A DNA stretch of 64,000 nucleotides. Origin: Candidatus Cloacimonadales bacterium (GTDB lineage: Bacteria; Cloacimonadota; Cloacimonadia; Cloacimonadales; JAIOQZ01). Shown here in pieces: positions 43,567-52,068 of the stretch. The notes under the pieces were generated by a model. That model was not told where the DNA came from and did not search any database. It worked only from the letters and a program-made list of their open reading frames with translations. Position 1 is the first letter of the stretch, and every line of letters begins with the position of its first letter. The position numbers and the translations under genes are program-made. The DNA is taken from assembly GCA_963665815.1 (NCBI GenBank), contig OY762463.1, positions 2,144,001-2,208,000 of the forward strand. The letters are read 5' to 3'.

Positions 43567-45741
43567 CTATGGATCGTAGCGTACAATCAATACATTTGTA
43601 TTGTTTGTAATGTCTGTACCTTCGATTTGAGCATTGATTTGAACATTCTGCTCGCCAGGAACACCATTTTGTGGTGGTGGACATTCAGCAATACCAAATA
43701 TAATTCTTGTCATTGCCATACCATTTACAAGTGAATTACAATAACGTGGATCATCTGTTCCTTCAACCTTGTAAGGAGTTTGACCATTTCCATTTACGTA
43801 GAATTCGAAAACACCTCTGTCTGACCATAAACTGATTTCTGCATCTTTGATGTAGTTACCTTCCTGATCAGTTACTTCAAGAATTATAAGTGTTGATACT
43901 GTATCTGTAGCGTTACCTTGAGGACCATTGAAATCAACGTGACCAACTTGTGGGTACATTGTAAGTTGAGGTTCATTCATAGGCATTGCAAATTCAGTTG
44001 TTTGCGTTACACTACCACACTCAGCAGTTATTGTAAGTCTCTGGTTTGCATATGAGCCATCATATATCAGTTTTGTGTAAGCAACACCAGCTGTAGAATC
44101 TTCTTCAGCATTAATGTTACCAACGTATGCTGCCGCATTAATTACAGCCCATTGAGGCTCAACAGCGTTTGGATCTGAGAAAGCTGGTCCTATAGAGAAC
44201 CATACTGCTGTTCCCATAGCAACAGGGTTACCATAACGGTCAGTTACACTGGCGTTTACTTCGAGTTCCCAAAGACCACCGCCAATATTGTTAGCTGAGT
44301 TATAATCACCAATTGCCATATTGATATATCTTGGCATGCCACCATTAATAACGATATTTGATTTTGTAGCTGTAATAGCTGCAGGATCATTTACTGTCTC
44401 GCTGTTACTTACTTCAATGTAAACAGTACCGGATTCGCTTCCGCTGGAAACAGTTGCTCTGGCTTGTCCATTGTATGCTGTAACTTCAAGATAAGAACTT
44501 TCATCTGTTACGTTTGTACCTATACGGCATCCTGCTGGAATTGGTTGACCTGCTGCAAATCTGAAATACATATCTGTTGGTACATCAAGAAGGTTACCAA
44601 AAGAATCATAAAGATTTACAACGAGTTCAAATTGTTCAACTCCACCAGTTCCCTGGATGTTAAGGTCAACTTGATCCTGGAAATCGTACTGAATAGAACT
44701 AAGTTGAGAAGCACTGATTGTAAGTGCTGTTTCAGCTAAAGCAGAGTCAGCTACAGCTTGAATAGTTACAACCCCAGCTTGTGTTCCAACGCTGAATCTG
44801 TTTGTAACAGAACCGTCTTCATCAGTAGCCATCATTTCAGTGATAGATCCCATGGAGATTTCATTTTCACCTTCCATTCTGTAAGCTTTAAATGAAACGT
44901 TAATTCCACTTTCAACAGGATTGTCAAATCTATCAAGAACTTCAGCAATAACGTCAGTTCTCATTAAACTTACGTTATTTCCACCAATTACAAGGTTTGT
45001 TCTTTCAGGAACTAAATTAATTTTGTTAGGGTTGCCTGGATTAACAGAAATATCATTGTACACAACCATTGTGTCAACTTGAACTGAAATATTGGCAATA
45101 CCGGTTTTTGTTCCTGCATTAAATATAGCCTTAGCAACACCATTAGAAGCTTCGACTTGTGCAGATTGACCTACATCAGTTCCGTCTTCTAACTGGAAGT
45201 TACCAAGATCAGTTTTAAATGTTACAATTGTACCATCTTGAATGTTTAAGCCCTCTTCATCTTTCGGGTAAGCAGAAATCTGAGTAGTTCTGCTAACATC
45301 AAGATTTGTAGAAGTAATAACTCTGATAGAGTCTACAGATGGAGCATTAATAATATCAACAAATATTGAATGAGTTCCACCTTTTACTTCAGCAGTCACT
45401 TTTGCACGACCTGTATAACCGTAGTCACGGAGAACAGCCTTTGCAAGACCACTTGAATCTGTTACTACTTCATTAATGATTGACCCGATAGTAGTTCTGA
45501 ATGTAACAGGAACGCCCATAGGAGCATTACCTTTAGAATCTTTTACTCGAGCCTGAATAGTAGCAACAGTAATATTGTTGTCAGCATAGATGGTAATATA
45601 TTCAGTATCCATATTCTCAGGTTCGAGAATCTCAACTGTGTAGTTACCATTAGTTGTATTTCTGTCATCACAGCCAACAACAAACAGAGTTGCGAAGAAA
45701 GCCATTACTAACAGAGTAATTAACGATTTTCTAAATATCAT
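43567..45741 (-). CDS. Lipoprotein with ~6 tandem invasin/intimin-like (Big_1-type) Ig domains
   Basis: Lipobox LFVVG|C; repeats of VxDxxGN(P)..GxxVxF....TDxxGxA..(G)xxxG; start reassigned to MIFRK after GGAGG. Confidence 0.8.
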   Translation of the reverse strand: MIFRKSLITLLVMAFFATLFVVGCDDRNTTNGNYTVEILEPENMDTEYITIYADNNITVATIQARVKDSKGNAPMGVPVTFRTTIGSIINEVVTDSSGLAKAVLRDYGYTGRAKVTAEVKGGTHSIFVDIINAPSVDSIRVITSTNLDVSRTTQISAYPKDEEGLNIQDGTIVTFKTDLGNFQLEDGTDVGQSAQVEASNGVAKAIFNAGTKTGIANISVQVDTMVVYNDISVNPGNPNKINLVPERTNLVIGGNNVSLMRTDVIAEVLDRFDNPVESGINVSFKAYRMEGENEISMGSITEMMATDEDGSVTNRFSVGTQAGVVTIQAVADSALAETALTISASQLSSIQYDFQDQVDLNIQGTGGVEQFELVVNLYDSFGNLLDVPTDMYFRFAAGQPIPAGCRIGTNVTDESSYLEVTAYNGQARATVSSGSESGTVYIEVSNSETVNDPAAITATKSNIVINGGMPRYINMAIGDYNSANNIGGGLWELEVNASVTDRYGNPVAMGTAVWFSIGPAFSDPNAVEPQWAVINAAAYVGNINAEEDSTAGVAYTKLIYDGSYANQRLTITAECGSVTQTTEFAMPMNEPQLTMYPQVGHVDFNGPQGNATDTVSTLIILEVTDQEGNYIKDAEISLWSDRGVFEFYVNGNGQTPYKVEGTDDPRYCNSLVNGMAMTRIIFGIAECPPPQNGVPGEQNVQINAQIEGTDITNNTNVLIVRYDP

Positions 45742-45757
45742 TTTTCCTCCAAACCTA

Positions 45758-47170
45758 TTACTTAGTTTCAATAAGTTTTGTATCTAAACGAGGATCAATA
45801 CTATCAAGATCTAATTCATATTGTTCATCTTCAACATTCACGATTCTAGGTGTTATTTCGATGATCAAATCAGTGATAACTGCTTCATCAACTGTATGTG
45901 TGAAAAGTTTTTCACCGATGAATGGAATCATATGAAGTAAAGGAAACTTATTTTTTGTTTTTGTAGTTTGTCTGGATAATAATCCACCAATGATGATTTT
46001 GCTACCATTAGGAGCTGTAACAGTTGTGTTAACTTTTCTTATTTTTGTTCTTGGTACATAACCACCAACAAGTTCAGTTACAGAACTAACTTCAGGACTA
46101 ATTTCAGTTGTAATATGTCCATCTTTGTTTACAGTAGGTTTAACATCAAGTTTGATACCAACTTCTTCTTCTTCAACTTGAAGTTCATATTCTTTATCAG
46201 TAACAACGAAAGGCACTTTTTCACCGATATGAATATTTGCAGATTCACCGCTTTTTGCAGTTAATCTTGTATCTGTAAGGATGTTAGCAGCATTATTCTG
46301 AATAAGCCAGTCGATAGTAATATCGAAAGCCCATAATTGTCTACTGAAGTGAAGAGCTTCATCAATATCATCCATTTTCTGGAAATATTGATCTGTAGGA
46401 AGTTCACCAAATGGTTGAAGGTCACCGTGAGGTGATACGTAAGGTTCGTCATCTGTCGGAGTTTGTGAATAACCGAAAGGAAGACCTGCACCTTCATATG
46501 TAGGATCTTCAGCAAGAATTGTTGTTAAGTGGTTAATTCTTGACCAATCAACACCAAGTTCTTTTGCATCTTTAACCTGAACTTCAATAAGTCTTGCTCT
46601 GATTTCGATTTGTTGACGAGGAATGTCAATTTCTTCGATTCTTGCAGCAATTTCAGTAAATGTTTCTGGGTTAGCTTTAATTAATAATGAGTTATTTGAT
46701 TCTATTGCAACTATCTCACCAGGTAAAACTGCGAGAGCTTTCTCAATTTTAGTAGCTGTAACATAATTTAAATCGATAAGGTAAGATCTTTGTCCTACTT
46801 CTTCTTCGATTCTGTCTTTTTCACCAACGAGAAATGTGGATTCACCAATAAGTCTGTATGAAAGTCCTACTGATTTAACAACCAGTGCGAGAGCTTGTTC
46901 TGTTGGAACGTCTGTAAGGTGTACAGTAACTTTCTGTCCTTCATACTTACCTTTATCTTTATCAGCGCTTGTATCTATTGCCAAAACAATATTGCATTCA
47001 CTGAATTTTGCTATAGTAGCCAAAATTGAAGATATATCTTCATCAACTGCGTCTAAAGTAATTTTCCTATTCAGTTTTTCTTCATCAACTGCAAAAGCTG
47101 TATTACTAAACAGTAAAAAAATTGTTATGAAAAGCAAAATCCAATTAACCTTGTGTTTTGAAGCTTTCAT
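45758..47170 (-). CDS. pilQ: Secretin PilQ (short form, no evident AMIN domains)
   Basis: Signal peptide, STN/N domains, IDIPRQQIEIRARLIEV, GIKLDVKPTV, IIIGGLL, IIEITPRIV. Confidence 0.9.
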   Translation of the reverse strand: MKASKHKVNWILLFITIFLLFSNTAFAVDEEKLNRKITLDAVDEDISSILATIAKFSECNIVLAIDTSADKDKGKYEGQKVTVHLTDVPTEQALALVVKSVGLSYRLIGESTFLVGEKDRIEEEVGQRSYLIDLNYVTATKIEKALAVLPGEIVAIESNNSLLIKANPETFTEIAARIEEIDIPRQQIEIRARLIEVQVKDAKELGVDWSRINHLTTILAEDPTYEGAGLPFGYSQTPTDDEPYVSPHGDLQPFGELPTDQYFQKMDDIDEALHFSRQLWAFDITIDWLIQNNAANILTDTRLTAKSGESANIHIGEKVPFVVTDKEYELQVEEEEVGIKLDVKPTVNKDGHITTEISPEVSSVTELVGGYVPRTKIRKVNTTVTAPNGSKIIIGGLLSRQTTKTKNKFPLLHMIPFIGEKLFTHTVDEAVITDLIIEITPRIVNVEDEQYELDLDSIDPRLDTKLIETK

Positions 47171-47197
47171 AAATACTCCTTTTTACTATATTTTTTT

Positions 47198-47746
47198 TTA
47201 CCAAATTCTAACTTTTTTCTGATTATTTTCATCAGAAAGTTCAACAGGTTTCGGTGGAATTTGCTTTGCTTTCAATTCAACAACTTTGCCGTTTCTATTG
47301 TAAACAATTGCTTCCCTTTTGATTTCAACTATTTTATTGTTGGTTTTATCAATCACATCACCGACTCTGTACATTTTATTTTCGCCCTTAAAAGCAATGG
47401 ATGCCACGCGTTTACCATCTTGACCAATGTAAGTTCCAGCGAGTCTGAGAGTATTCGCAACTTGCATTTCCCATTGATGTTCAAGGTCGACTTTTGTTTT
47501 TACAATTAAATTCTGTTCTAAAGGATCTCTAACAACTGTGAATACGAATTGTTTACGATCCTTAATTGACTGCTCAATGGATTTAATCTGTTCTTTTAGC
47601 TGATCACTTAAACCCATTCTGCTATACTTTGACTGCTCAGGTATTTTATCTTCAGTCTGAAAGATGAAATACAAGTGTACAGCATAACCTATAATCACTA
47701 AAAACACTAAAGCTATTGTGAAGTCTTTTAAGTATCTATTACCCAT
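47198..47746 (-). CDS. PilP/GspC-like alignment protein (TM anchor, no lipobox)
   Basis: Position between pilO and pilQ; RDPL motif, LRLAGT...YRVGDVI beta domain. Confidence 0.65.
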   Translation of the reverse strand: MGNRYLKDFTIALVFLVIIGYAVHLYFIFQTEDKIPEQSKYSRMGLSDQLKEQIKSIEQSIKDRKQFVFTVVRDPLEQNLIVKTKVDLEHQWEMQVANTLRLAGTYIGQDGKRVASIAFKGENKMYRVGDVIDKTNNKIVEIKREAIVYNRNGKVVELKAKQIPPKPVELSDENNQKKVRIW

Positions 47747-48318
47747 TATGCCTCCTTCCTAACTTTAAATGTTGAGATTTCAAGTGTTACCATGTATCTT
47801 GTTTCGATAGCAACAGGTGCACCGTTTTCATCAACTTCAACCTGAGAATCGTCACCAATAGGACGTACATCAATTGAATTCACTTTGATAATATTATCGA
47901 AGCTTTCAAGTTCTGTTAAAAACTGTCCCATTTGTACGTAATTACAGTCAATTTCCAGAGTATACTTGTGTTCAATTTTATGTCCAGTTGAGTATACTGG
48001 TTTTGGTAAAACTGAATATACAGCAATTTTGTACTTATCAGAAAGATCAGCAAGTTTTCTGGAAAAATCATTAATTTCTTCAGTTGAAAAAGACTTTTCA
48101 TCGGTAATACTGTTTTTGATAACAGTAGATACCGCACTGAGTTCTTCACTCAACACTTCAGCACTATTCAGTTTTTCCTGAGCTGTTTTAATCTTCCTGT
48201 CGATTGATTTAATTTCTTTAGACTCAGCCTTCATAATAGTATGAGCTGTATAGAAAAAGACAACAGACAGTAAAATTACCAATGTCAGCAGTATGATGTA
48301 TTTTCTTTTGATATCCAT
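47746..48318 (-). CDS. pilO: Type IV pilus assembly protein PilO
   Basis: TM + coiled coil + ferredoxin-like domain (NYVQMGQFLTELESFDNIIKVNSI). Confidence 0.8.
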   Translation of the reverse strand: MDIKRKYIILLTLVILLSVVFFYTAHTIMKAESKEIKSIDRKIKTAQEKLNSAEVLSEELSAVSTVIKNSITDEKSFSTEEINDFSRKLADLSDKYKIAVYSVLPKPVYSTGHKIEHKYTLEIDCNYVQMGQFLTELESFDNIIKVNSIDVRPIGDDSQVEVDENGAPVAIETRYMVTLEISTFKVRKEA

Positions 48319-48321
48319 ATA

Positions 48322-48915
48322 CTACCTCTTTCTCTTCTTTTTACCGGTACTTTTGGCTTCACAATTGACCTGAAAACGAAGAATATCAACATCTTTTTCT
48401 TCATCCCTGCTTGATTTAACAAAAACAATATTAGGGAAGTCTGTACTGATTTGCTCATCATTCTTCAATGAAGAGATGAAACTGTCAATCAGGTCAAACT
48501 CTTTCTTTTTCTTATCAACTTTTGTGATTCCAAAAAGCTTAAGACTACCGTCTTTGAAAGAAAAGTGTGTTATAGCAATATCATCAGTAGTTTTATCTGC
48601 TAAAGCAACTAATTTCTTAGCCCAGAAAACTCTGTCAGTAGTAAGACTTGTAATTCTTTCAAGGTCTTTCTTTGACAGAAATTCATCTGTTGTCTGCATA
48701 CTTTCAATTTTTCTTTTAGTATCTTTGAGATACTTGGCTCGGTTTTCAACTTTTTCCTGCATTTGACCATAGAAATAATAGAAAGTACCTGCTACAGCAA
48801 GATAAAATATGATAAATGTGATAACAGTGTTTCTAAATGTCCTGTTCTCATTTTCTATCTTTTGTCTTTGCTCGCCAAATTTATTAAGATTAATTTTAAA
48901 ATAAAACTGGTTCAT
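48322..48915 (-). CDS. pilN: Type IV pilus assembly protein PilN
   Basis: N-terminal KINL motif, TM, coiled coil, WAKKL..L; follows pilM. Confidence 0.8.
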   Translation of the reverse strand: MNQFYFKINLNKFGEQRQKIENENRTFRNTVITFIIFYLAVAGTFYYFYGQMQEKVENRAKYLKDTKRKIESMQTTDEFLSKKDLERITSLTTDRVFWAKKLVALADKTTDDIAITHFSFKDGSLKLFGITKVDKKKKEFDLIDSFISSLKNDEQISTDFPNIVFVKSSRDEEKDVDILRFQVNCEAKSTGKKKRKR

Positions 48916-48925
48916 AATGTACTCC

Positions 48926-49996
48926 TTACTCAGGTCTCATAGCGAGACCGACCGCTAGTGCAAACTGCGGATCGTCTGCATTATTGTATTTGTCTGGCAA
49001 TTCAAGACCAACAAAAGGATTATACACTTCAACCGGCATATTCAGGGCTTCCTGTAAATATTCCGGTAAACCAGCAATTTTCGATGAACCACCAACAAGA
49101 AGAATCTTACGGAAATCTGAATTACCAGCTTCCTTAACGTAGAAACGTAAAGATCTTTTTGTTTCAAGAGCGATTTGCTCTTCTGTGTTCTTTTCTGTGA
49201 TATCAAGCATGCCAAGGTTCTGTTCTGAACCTGCTGCTTTAGCTTTTTTTATTCCATTAGCGAATTTGTGTTCTTCGGCCTGTTCGAAGCTCATATCATT
49301 CAATCTCATGAGGTCTCTAGTGAAGTGATATCCACCCCATGAAATATCTCTGGTAAAGAACTTAGCGCTCGGACCGCAAATAACCATATTTGTTTTATGT
49401 GCACCTATATTAAGTATAACATAAGTACCATCTTCGACAAATGTGTTAAGAGAGAAACAATTTGCAACAGCAAGAGCTTCAATATCAACAATACCTGGGT
49501 TAAGTCCACAGGTTGTCAGTATTTCTGTATGCTCATTGAGCAATTCTCTTGTTGTTGAAGCAAGTAATATATTCATATTATTTGTTTTCTCTTCAACACC
49601 CAGCACCTGATAATCCAACAGCATGTCACTACCGCTGATAGGTAAGTGTTTCTTTGCTTCGAAGAATAGTGCTGAATCAAGTTCATCTTCTGGAAGGAAT
49701 ATGGTTTTTATCTGCTTTATGCTGGTATTGTCACCACCAATACTGGAAACGATTCTTTTTACTTTGCGAGGATTAATGTGCATAGTTTTCATCATTTCGG
49801 CAATAATTGGAGCATATCTTTCTCTTCTAAGATCAGATATGATATATTCGGTACCAGCAGGAACAGTGGATCTCACTTCGCAGTTCACAAGTTTGAAACC
49901 TGAATGTTGTTTCTTTATGTGAACCATCTTGATACTGTGAGTTCCAATATCTAATCCTATCGATTCCTTAAAGACTCTTTTCTTATCCTTTGCCAT
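48926..49996 (-). CDS. pilM: Type IV pilus assembly protein PilM (actin-like)
   Basis: IGLDIGTHSIK, VDIEALA, LNIGA..T, LVGGSS, YNPF, AVGLAMR; start reassigned to MAKDK. Confidence 0.93.
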   Translation of the reverse strand: MAKDKKRVFKESIGLDIGTHSIKMVHIKKQHSGFKLVNCEVRSTVPAGTEYIISDLRRERYAPIIAEMMKTMHINPRKVKRIVSSIGGDNTSIKQIKTIFLPEDELDSALFFEAKKHLPISGSDMLLDYQVLGVEEKTNNMNILLASTTRELLNEHTEILTTCGLNPGIVDIEALAVANCFSLNTFVEDGTYVILNIGAHKTNMVICGPSAKFFTRDISWGGYHFTRDLMRLNDMSFEQAEEHKFANGIKKAKAAGSEQNLGMLDITEKNTEEQIALETKRSLRFYVKEAGNSDFRKILLVGGSSKIAGLPEYLQEALNMPVEVYNPFVGLELPDKYNNADDPQFALAVGLAMRPE

Positions 49997-50049
49997 ATTA
50001 CCTCTTTTCTTTACAGTTATAAACACTAACCATAACGTTAAATTTATAT

Positions 50050-50255
50050 CTGCATCTCATAACAAATTCTTCTGAGGAGTTAGAAGATAAGAGATTATCT
50101 TAATTTTAAATTTCAAACCTGCATTCACTTTCTCGACACTCATTTCGTATTCTCACGAAAGACAGTAATTTTCTGAATCTAAATATCTCCCCATTCTTCT
50201 TCAGAACTGTCGGTCCTTGATAACAAGTCAACAGTTGATCGCAAGGACCGAACTA
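50050..50255 (-). ncRNA. Candidate structured RNA / cis-element between pilT and pilM
   Basis: Four stem-loops: 50210-50251, 50161-50211, 50143-50160, 50054-50095. Confidence 0.4.
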
Positions 50256-50296
50256 TCGTCATTATATTGAAAGTTAAATGCTTTACATCTCTCTGA

Positions 50297-51358
50297 TTAT
50301 GAAGAGAATCCAGCTCCTGTTACGAACATCTTTGGATTGTCTGCTGATTTTTCAGCAACAGAACGATCAAGAAGTCCGTTCATAACCAGGTTGTATAACG
50401 ATTGATCCAGGGACTGCATACCTTCTTTCGTACCTGCCTGAATCACAGAAGGAATCTGATATGTTTTCTCTTCCCGAATAAGGTTTCTGATAGCTGAGTT
50501 TGCTACCATAATCTCAATTGCAGGAACTCGACCGTTTCCACCTTTTTTAGGCATCAGTCTTTGAGCACATACAGCTTCTAATGATTCTGAAAGCATAGAT
50601 CTTACTTGAGCTTGTTGTTCCTTAGGGAACATATCAATAATACGATCTATGGATTTTGTTGCACTACTTGTATGAAGTGTTGCAAGTACAAGGTGACCGG
50701 TTTCTGCAGCTGTAAGAGCAAGAGATACCGTTTCAAGGTCCCTCATCTCTCCAACCAGAATCACGTCCGGATCTTCACGTAGAGCCGATCTCAATGCAGC
50801 AGTAAATGACCATGTATCATGTCCCAATTCCCTTTGATTCACCAGTGAGTTTTTACTTGAATGTACAAACTCAATTGGGTCCTCAACTGTAATAATATGA
50901 CAATGTTTTTTGTCATTGATTTCGTCAATCATTGCTGCCAATGTTGTAGACTTTCCACTACCTGTAGGTCCCGTTAAAAGAATAAGACCTTTTTCCTTCA
51001 TGGACAGTTTTCTCATAACGTCCGGCACATGCAATTCCTCAAAGGTTTTGATTTCATTAGGAATCACACGGAAAGCCGCAGCTAAACCGTTGATCTGATG
51101 AAATGCATTAACACGGAACCTGACATTATTGGTAAGTTTTGTCGAAAAGTCTAACTCAAGTTTCTCTAAAAATAGAGCTTTTTGAGATTCATTCATTACA
51201 CCAAAAATCAGATCTTCTACTTCCTTACCTGATAACTTAGGCAAGTTAAGTCTTTTCATCTGACCGTGAACACGAACCATCGGGATTGAGTCAGCACTTA
51301 CGTGCAAGTCTGATGCACCAGCATCAGATGTAAATCTTAGTAAATCTTGAATAGTCAA
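50297..51358 (-). CDS. pilT: Type IV pilus retraction ATPase PilT
   Basis: GASDLH, GPTGSGKSTT, LREDPDVILVGEMRD, AIRNLIRE. Confidence 0.96.
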   Translation of the reverse strand: MTIQDLLRFTSDAGASDLHVSADSIPMVRVHGQMKRLNLPKLSGKEVEDLIFGVMNESQKALFLEKLELDFSTKLTNNVRFRVNAFHQINGLAAAFRVIPNEIKTFEELHVPDVMRKLSMKEKGLILLTGPTGSGKSTTLAAMIDEINDKKHCHIITVEDPIEFVHSSKNSLVNQRELGHDTWSFTAALRSALREDPDVILVGEMRDLETVSLALTAAETGHLVLATLHTSSATKSIDRIIDMFPKEQQAQVRSMLSESLEAVCAQRLMPKKGGNGRVPAIEIMVANSAIRNLIREEKTYQIPSVIQAGTKEGMQSLDQSLYNLVMNGLLDRSVAEKSADNPKMFVTGAGFSS

Positions 51359-51379
51359 AAGACCTACCCCCGTTAGTTT

Positions 51380-51802
51380 TTATTCAGCTTCATCTTCGGT
51401 GAAATCATCAATACCATATCCGTGGTATTTAGCTTCTTCGACGTCATACTCTACTTGGTGACCTTCACCAGCAGCAAATTCTGATGTAGAAGTAGCAACA
51501 TATTTTGTTGGTGGGTTACCTACAACTTCAAATTCCCAGTTGTTTGTTGTAGATGTTCCTAATTTTGAATCTTTTAAAGCTTCTTCAATATCATAACCAT
51601 CGGTACTTCCGTATGTGTTATAATAAATATCAAATGCTTTACGGATTGATGAAATAGCAGTTTGCGCTTCGGCTGATCTTGCTTTTTCAACATAACTCAT
51701 GTAGATTGGTACCGCGATAGCTGCAAGGATTGCAACAATGATAACAACCACAAGGATTTCAATGAGAGTAAAACCTTTTTGGTTTCTCAGTAATTTTGAC
51801 AT
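51380..51802 (-). CDS. pilA: Type IVa major pilin
   Basis: Class III signal QKG|FTLIE, E5, P22; 130-aa mature chain, no Cys. Confidence 0.93.
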   Translation of the reverse strand: MSKLLRNQKGFTLIEILVVVIIVAILAAIAVPIYMSYVEKARSAEAQTAISSIRKAFDIYYNTYGSTDGYDIEEALKDSKLGTSTTNNWEFEVVGNPPTKYVATSTSEFAAGEGHQVEYDVEEAKYHGYGIDDFTEDEAE

Positions 51803-52068
51803 GTTTCCTCCTTAATCAAAACATAATTAAGAGTATTTTTATCCCATAATGTATTTGAGATAATCTTTAAGAAGTCAATTCACATATTAATCTAATTTTG
51901 TAAAGAAATTTTGAGCTAATAATTAACTTTTTTTTATATTCAATAATGTTGTTACTTTTTGCTTGACTTATTTTTGTAGATTTTTAATGAAACAAAACTG
52001 ATCATTTTGTGTTAAATTTTAAACTTAAAATTAATAAACTAAAAAATAAAATCAATTAAGGAGACAGT

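Noticed and set aside
50027-50296. c-di-GMP riboswitch before pilM
   Set aside because: Class I (GCAAA/GAAA tetraloop-receptor) and class II consensus motifs not found by eye; kept only as an unknown structure
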